From contig CAXHJY010000738.1 in the NCBI GenBank assembly GCA_964016885.1, positions 1 to 64,000 on the forward strand: a stretch of 64,000 bases of DNA. Direction: 5' to 3'. Source of the stretch: Eledone cirrhosa. Taxonomy: Eukaryota. Position 1 is the stretch's first letter. Every line of letters begins with the position of its first letter. Position numbers and translations under genes: made by a program. Below, in pieces: positions 61,301 to 64,000 of the stretch. A model generated the notes under the pieces. It ran no database searches. It was not told where the DNA came from and saw only the letters and a program-made list of their open reading frames with translations.

Positions 61301-64000
61301 AGGTATATTACAGTACAGTAGGTATATTACAGTACATTAGGTATATTACAGTACAGTAGGTATAATACAGTACAGTAGATATATTACAGTACAGTAGGTA
61401 TATTACAGTACAGTAGGTATGTTACAGTACAGTAGATATATTACAGTACAGTAGGTATAATACAGTAAAGTAGGTATATTACAGTACAGTAGGTATATTA
61501 CAGTACAGTAGGTATAATACAGTACAGTAGGTATATTACAGTACAGTAGGTATATTACAGTACAGTAGGTATGTTACAGTACAGTAGGTATATTACAGTA
61601 CAGTAGGTATATTACAGTACAGTAGATATATTACAGTACAGTAGGTATATTACAGTGCAGTAGGTATATTACAGTACCGTAGATATATTACAGTACAGTA
61701 TGTATATTACAGTACAGTATGTATATTACAGTACAGTAGGTATATTACAGTACAGTAGGTATATCACAGTACAGTAGGTATAATACAGTACAGTAGATAT
61801 ATTACAGTACAGTAGGTATATTACAGTACAGTAGATATATTACAGTACAGTAGATATATTACAGTAGGTATATTACAGTACAGTAGATATATTACAGTAC
61901 AGTAGGTATATTACAGTACAGTAGGTATATTACAGTACAGTAGATATATTACAGTACAGTAGGTATATTACAGTACAGTAGATATATTACAGTACAGTAG
62001 GTATATTACAGTACAGTAGGTATATTACAGTACAGTAGATATATTACAGTACAGTAGGTATAATACAGTAAAGTAGGTATATTACAGTACAGTAGGTATA
62101 TTACAGTACAGTAGGTATAATACAGTACAGTAGGTATATTACAGTACAGTAGGTATATTACAGTACAGTAGATATATTACAGTACAGTAGATATATTACA
62201 GTAGGTATATTACAGTACAGTAGATATATTACAGTACAGTAGGTATATTACAGTACAGTAGGTATATTACAGTACAGTAGATATATTACAGTACAGTAGG
62301 TATATTACAGTACAGTAGATATATTACAGTACAGTAGGTATATTACAGTACAGTAGGTATATTACAGTACAGTAGGTATATTACAGTAGAGTAGGTATAT
62401 TACAGTACAGTAGGTATATTACAGTACAGTAGGTATATTACAGTACAGTAGATATATTACAGTACAGTAGGTATATTACAGTAGATATATTACAGTACAG
62501 TAGGTATATTACAGTACAGTATGTATATTACAGTACAGTACGTATATTACAGTACAGTAGGTATATTATAATACAGTAGATATATTACAGTACAGTAGGT
62601 ATATTACAGTACAGTAGGTATATTACAGTACAGTAGGTATATTACAGTACAGTAGATATATTACAGTACAGTAGATATATTACAGTACAGTAGGTATATT
62701 ACAGTACAGTAGATAGATTACAGTACAGTTGGTATCTTACAGTACAGTAGATATATTACAGTAGGTATATTACAGTACAGTAGATATATTACAGTACAGT
62801 AGGTATAATACAGTACAGTAGGTATATTACAGTACAGTAGATATATTACAGTACAGTAGATATATTACAGTACAGTAGGTATATTACAGTACAACAGATA
62901 TATTACAGTAGGTATATTACAGTACAGTAGGTATATTACAGTACAGTAGATATATTACAGTACAGTAGATATATTACAGTACAGTAGGTATATTACAGTA
63001 CAGTAGGTATATTACAGTCCAGTAGGTATATTACAGTACAGTAGATGTATTACAGTACAGTATGTATATTACAGTATGTATATTACAGTACAGTAGATAT
63101 ATTACAGTACAGTAGATATATTACAGTACAGTAGGTATATTACAGTACAGTAGATATATTACAGTACAGTAGATATATTACAGTACAGTAGGTATATTAC
63201 AGTACAGTATGTATATTAAAGTATGTATATTACAGTACAGTAGATATAATACAGTACAGTAGATATATTACAGTACAGTAGATATATTACAGTACAGTAG
63301 GTATATTATAGTACAGTAGATATATTACAGTACAGTAGGTATATTACAGTACAGTAGGTATATTACAGTACAGTAGATATATTACAGTACAGTAGATATA
63401 TTACAGTACAGTAGATATATTACAGTACAGTAGGTATATTACAGTACAGTAGGTATATTACAGTACAGTAGATATATTACAGTACAGTAGATATATTACA
63501 GTACAGTAGGTATATTACAGTACAGTAGGTATATTACAGTACAGTAGATATATTACAGTACAGTAGATATATTACAGTACAGTAGGTATATTACAGTACA
63601 GTAGATATATTACAGTACAGTAGGTATATTACAGTACAGTAGATATATTACAGTACAGTAGGTATATTACAGTACAGTAGGTATATTAGAGTACAGTAGG
63701 TATATTACAGTACAGTAGGTATATTACAGTACAGTAGTTATATTACAGTACAGTAGCTTTATTACAGTACAGTAGGTATATTACAGTACAGTAGGTATAT
63801 TACAGTACAGTAGGAATATTACAGTACAGTAGGTATATTGCAGTACAGTAGGTATATTACAGTACAGTAGATATATTACAGTACAGTAGATATATTACAG
63901 TACACTAGGTATATTACAGTACAGTAGGTATATTACAGTACAGTAGATATATTACAGTACAGTATGTATATTACAGTACAGTATGTATATATTACAGTTC
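55350..64000. repeat. ~8.6-kb near-identical duplicate of about 45,080-53,713 (offset about 10.27-10.29 kb)
   Basis: agatagagtac 45398/55666; taccatacag 46397/56670 and 50238/60511; ttacaataggtat 48811/59084; ttagagtac 53401/63688; atgtatatattacagttc (2-bp insertion) near 53700 and at the window end. Confidence 0.88.

Larger units (their letters stand above)
1..64000. repeat. Satellite / megabase-type tandem array of a 19-bp monomer, consensus TACAGTACAGTAG(G/A)TATAT, about 3,370 copies, single orientation, running off both window edges
   Basis: Read directly throughout the window (e.g. 191-209 tacagtacagtaggtatat). Monomer GC is 6/19 (G form) or 5/19 (A form). Each consensus monomer has one GTAC (RsaI) site and no CpG. 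No non-repeat sequence and no reverse-complement copies (ATATACCTACTGTACTGTA) were seen. Confidence 0.99.

Noticed and set aside
1-64000. Protein-coding repeat (ORF) on either strand
   Set aside because: The monomer has TAG on the + strand and the array has TAA on the - strand (...TGTAATATA...). Because 19 is not a multiple of 3, every frame meets a stop every 57 nt in consensus sequence; variants lengthen this only slightly.
1-64000. CRISPR array or CRISPR-like repeat-spacer system
   Set aside because: Monomers are directly adjacent with no unique spacers, and there is no leader or cas gene.
1-64000. Telomerase-synthesised long telomeric repeat (as in some budding yeasts)
   Set aside because: The monomer has only 3-4 G in 19 with no G-run longer than 2. 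The array is very long, and rare variants are copied in multi-kb blocks, which points to recombination or replication-based amplification rather than templated addition. A subtelomeric location is not excluded.
1-64000. LexA/SOS-box-like sites (TATATTACAGTA resembles the right half of TACTGT-N8-ACAGTA)
   Set aside because: Only direct half-sites occur. The inverted CTGT half with 8-bp spacing is absent, and there is no gene or promoter context.
1-64000. G/A string as an encoded message or synthetic DNA
   Set aside because: The pattern is explained by nested duplication with scattered point mutations, and I saw no framing, adapters or designed structure.
1-64000. Whole array as a rolling-circle/MDA or sequencing artefact
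   Set aside because: Rare variants recur in a consistent hierarchical order at several different offsets, which neither a single small circular template nor random error would produce. Local artefacts are reported separately.
1-64000. Splice-site-like motifs (TACAG|, AG|GTAT) in each monomer
   Set aside because: These short motifs are expected by chance in this composition, and there is no polypyrimidine tract, exon or transcript evidence.

Overview
The whole 64,000-bp window is one uninterrupted head-to-tail tandem array (satellite DNA) of a 19-bp monomer, consensus TACAGTACAGTAG[G/A]TATAT. That gives roughly 3,370 copies (64,000/19), all in one orientation, with no unique flanking sequence. 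I found no genes, RNA genes, mobile elements or CRISPR spacers; the consensus array puts a stop codon in all six frames every 57 nt. The informative structure lies in the variant monomers: (i) a G/A dimorphism at monomer position 14; (ii) a TACAG pentamer substructure with recurrent 14-bp deletion units; (iii) nested higher-order duplications with offsets of about 0.22, 0.42, 1.2-1.3, 3.2, 3.8, 5.3-5.8, 10.3, 11.5 and 14 kb, traceable through rare marker monomers; (iv) markers that separate a left and a right sub-lineage. The first ~10 kb contains 'both-allele' 1-bp insertions that look like consensus/polishing artefacts. The array most resembles eukaryotic satellite or heterochromatic DNA, but the organism and function cannot be determined from this sequence. 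I cannot support a novel gene-based system here. Offsets were counted by hand and may be off by a few bases; block boundaries are approximate.
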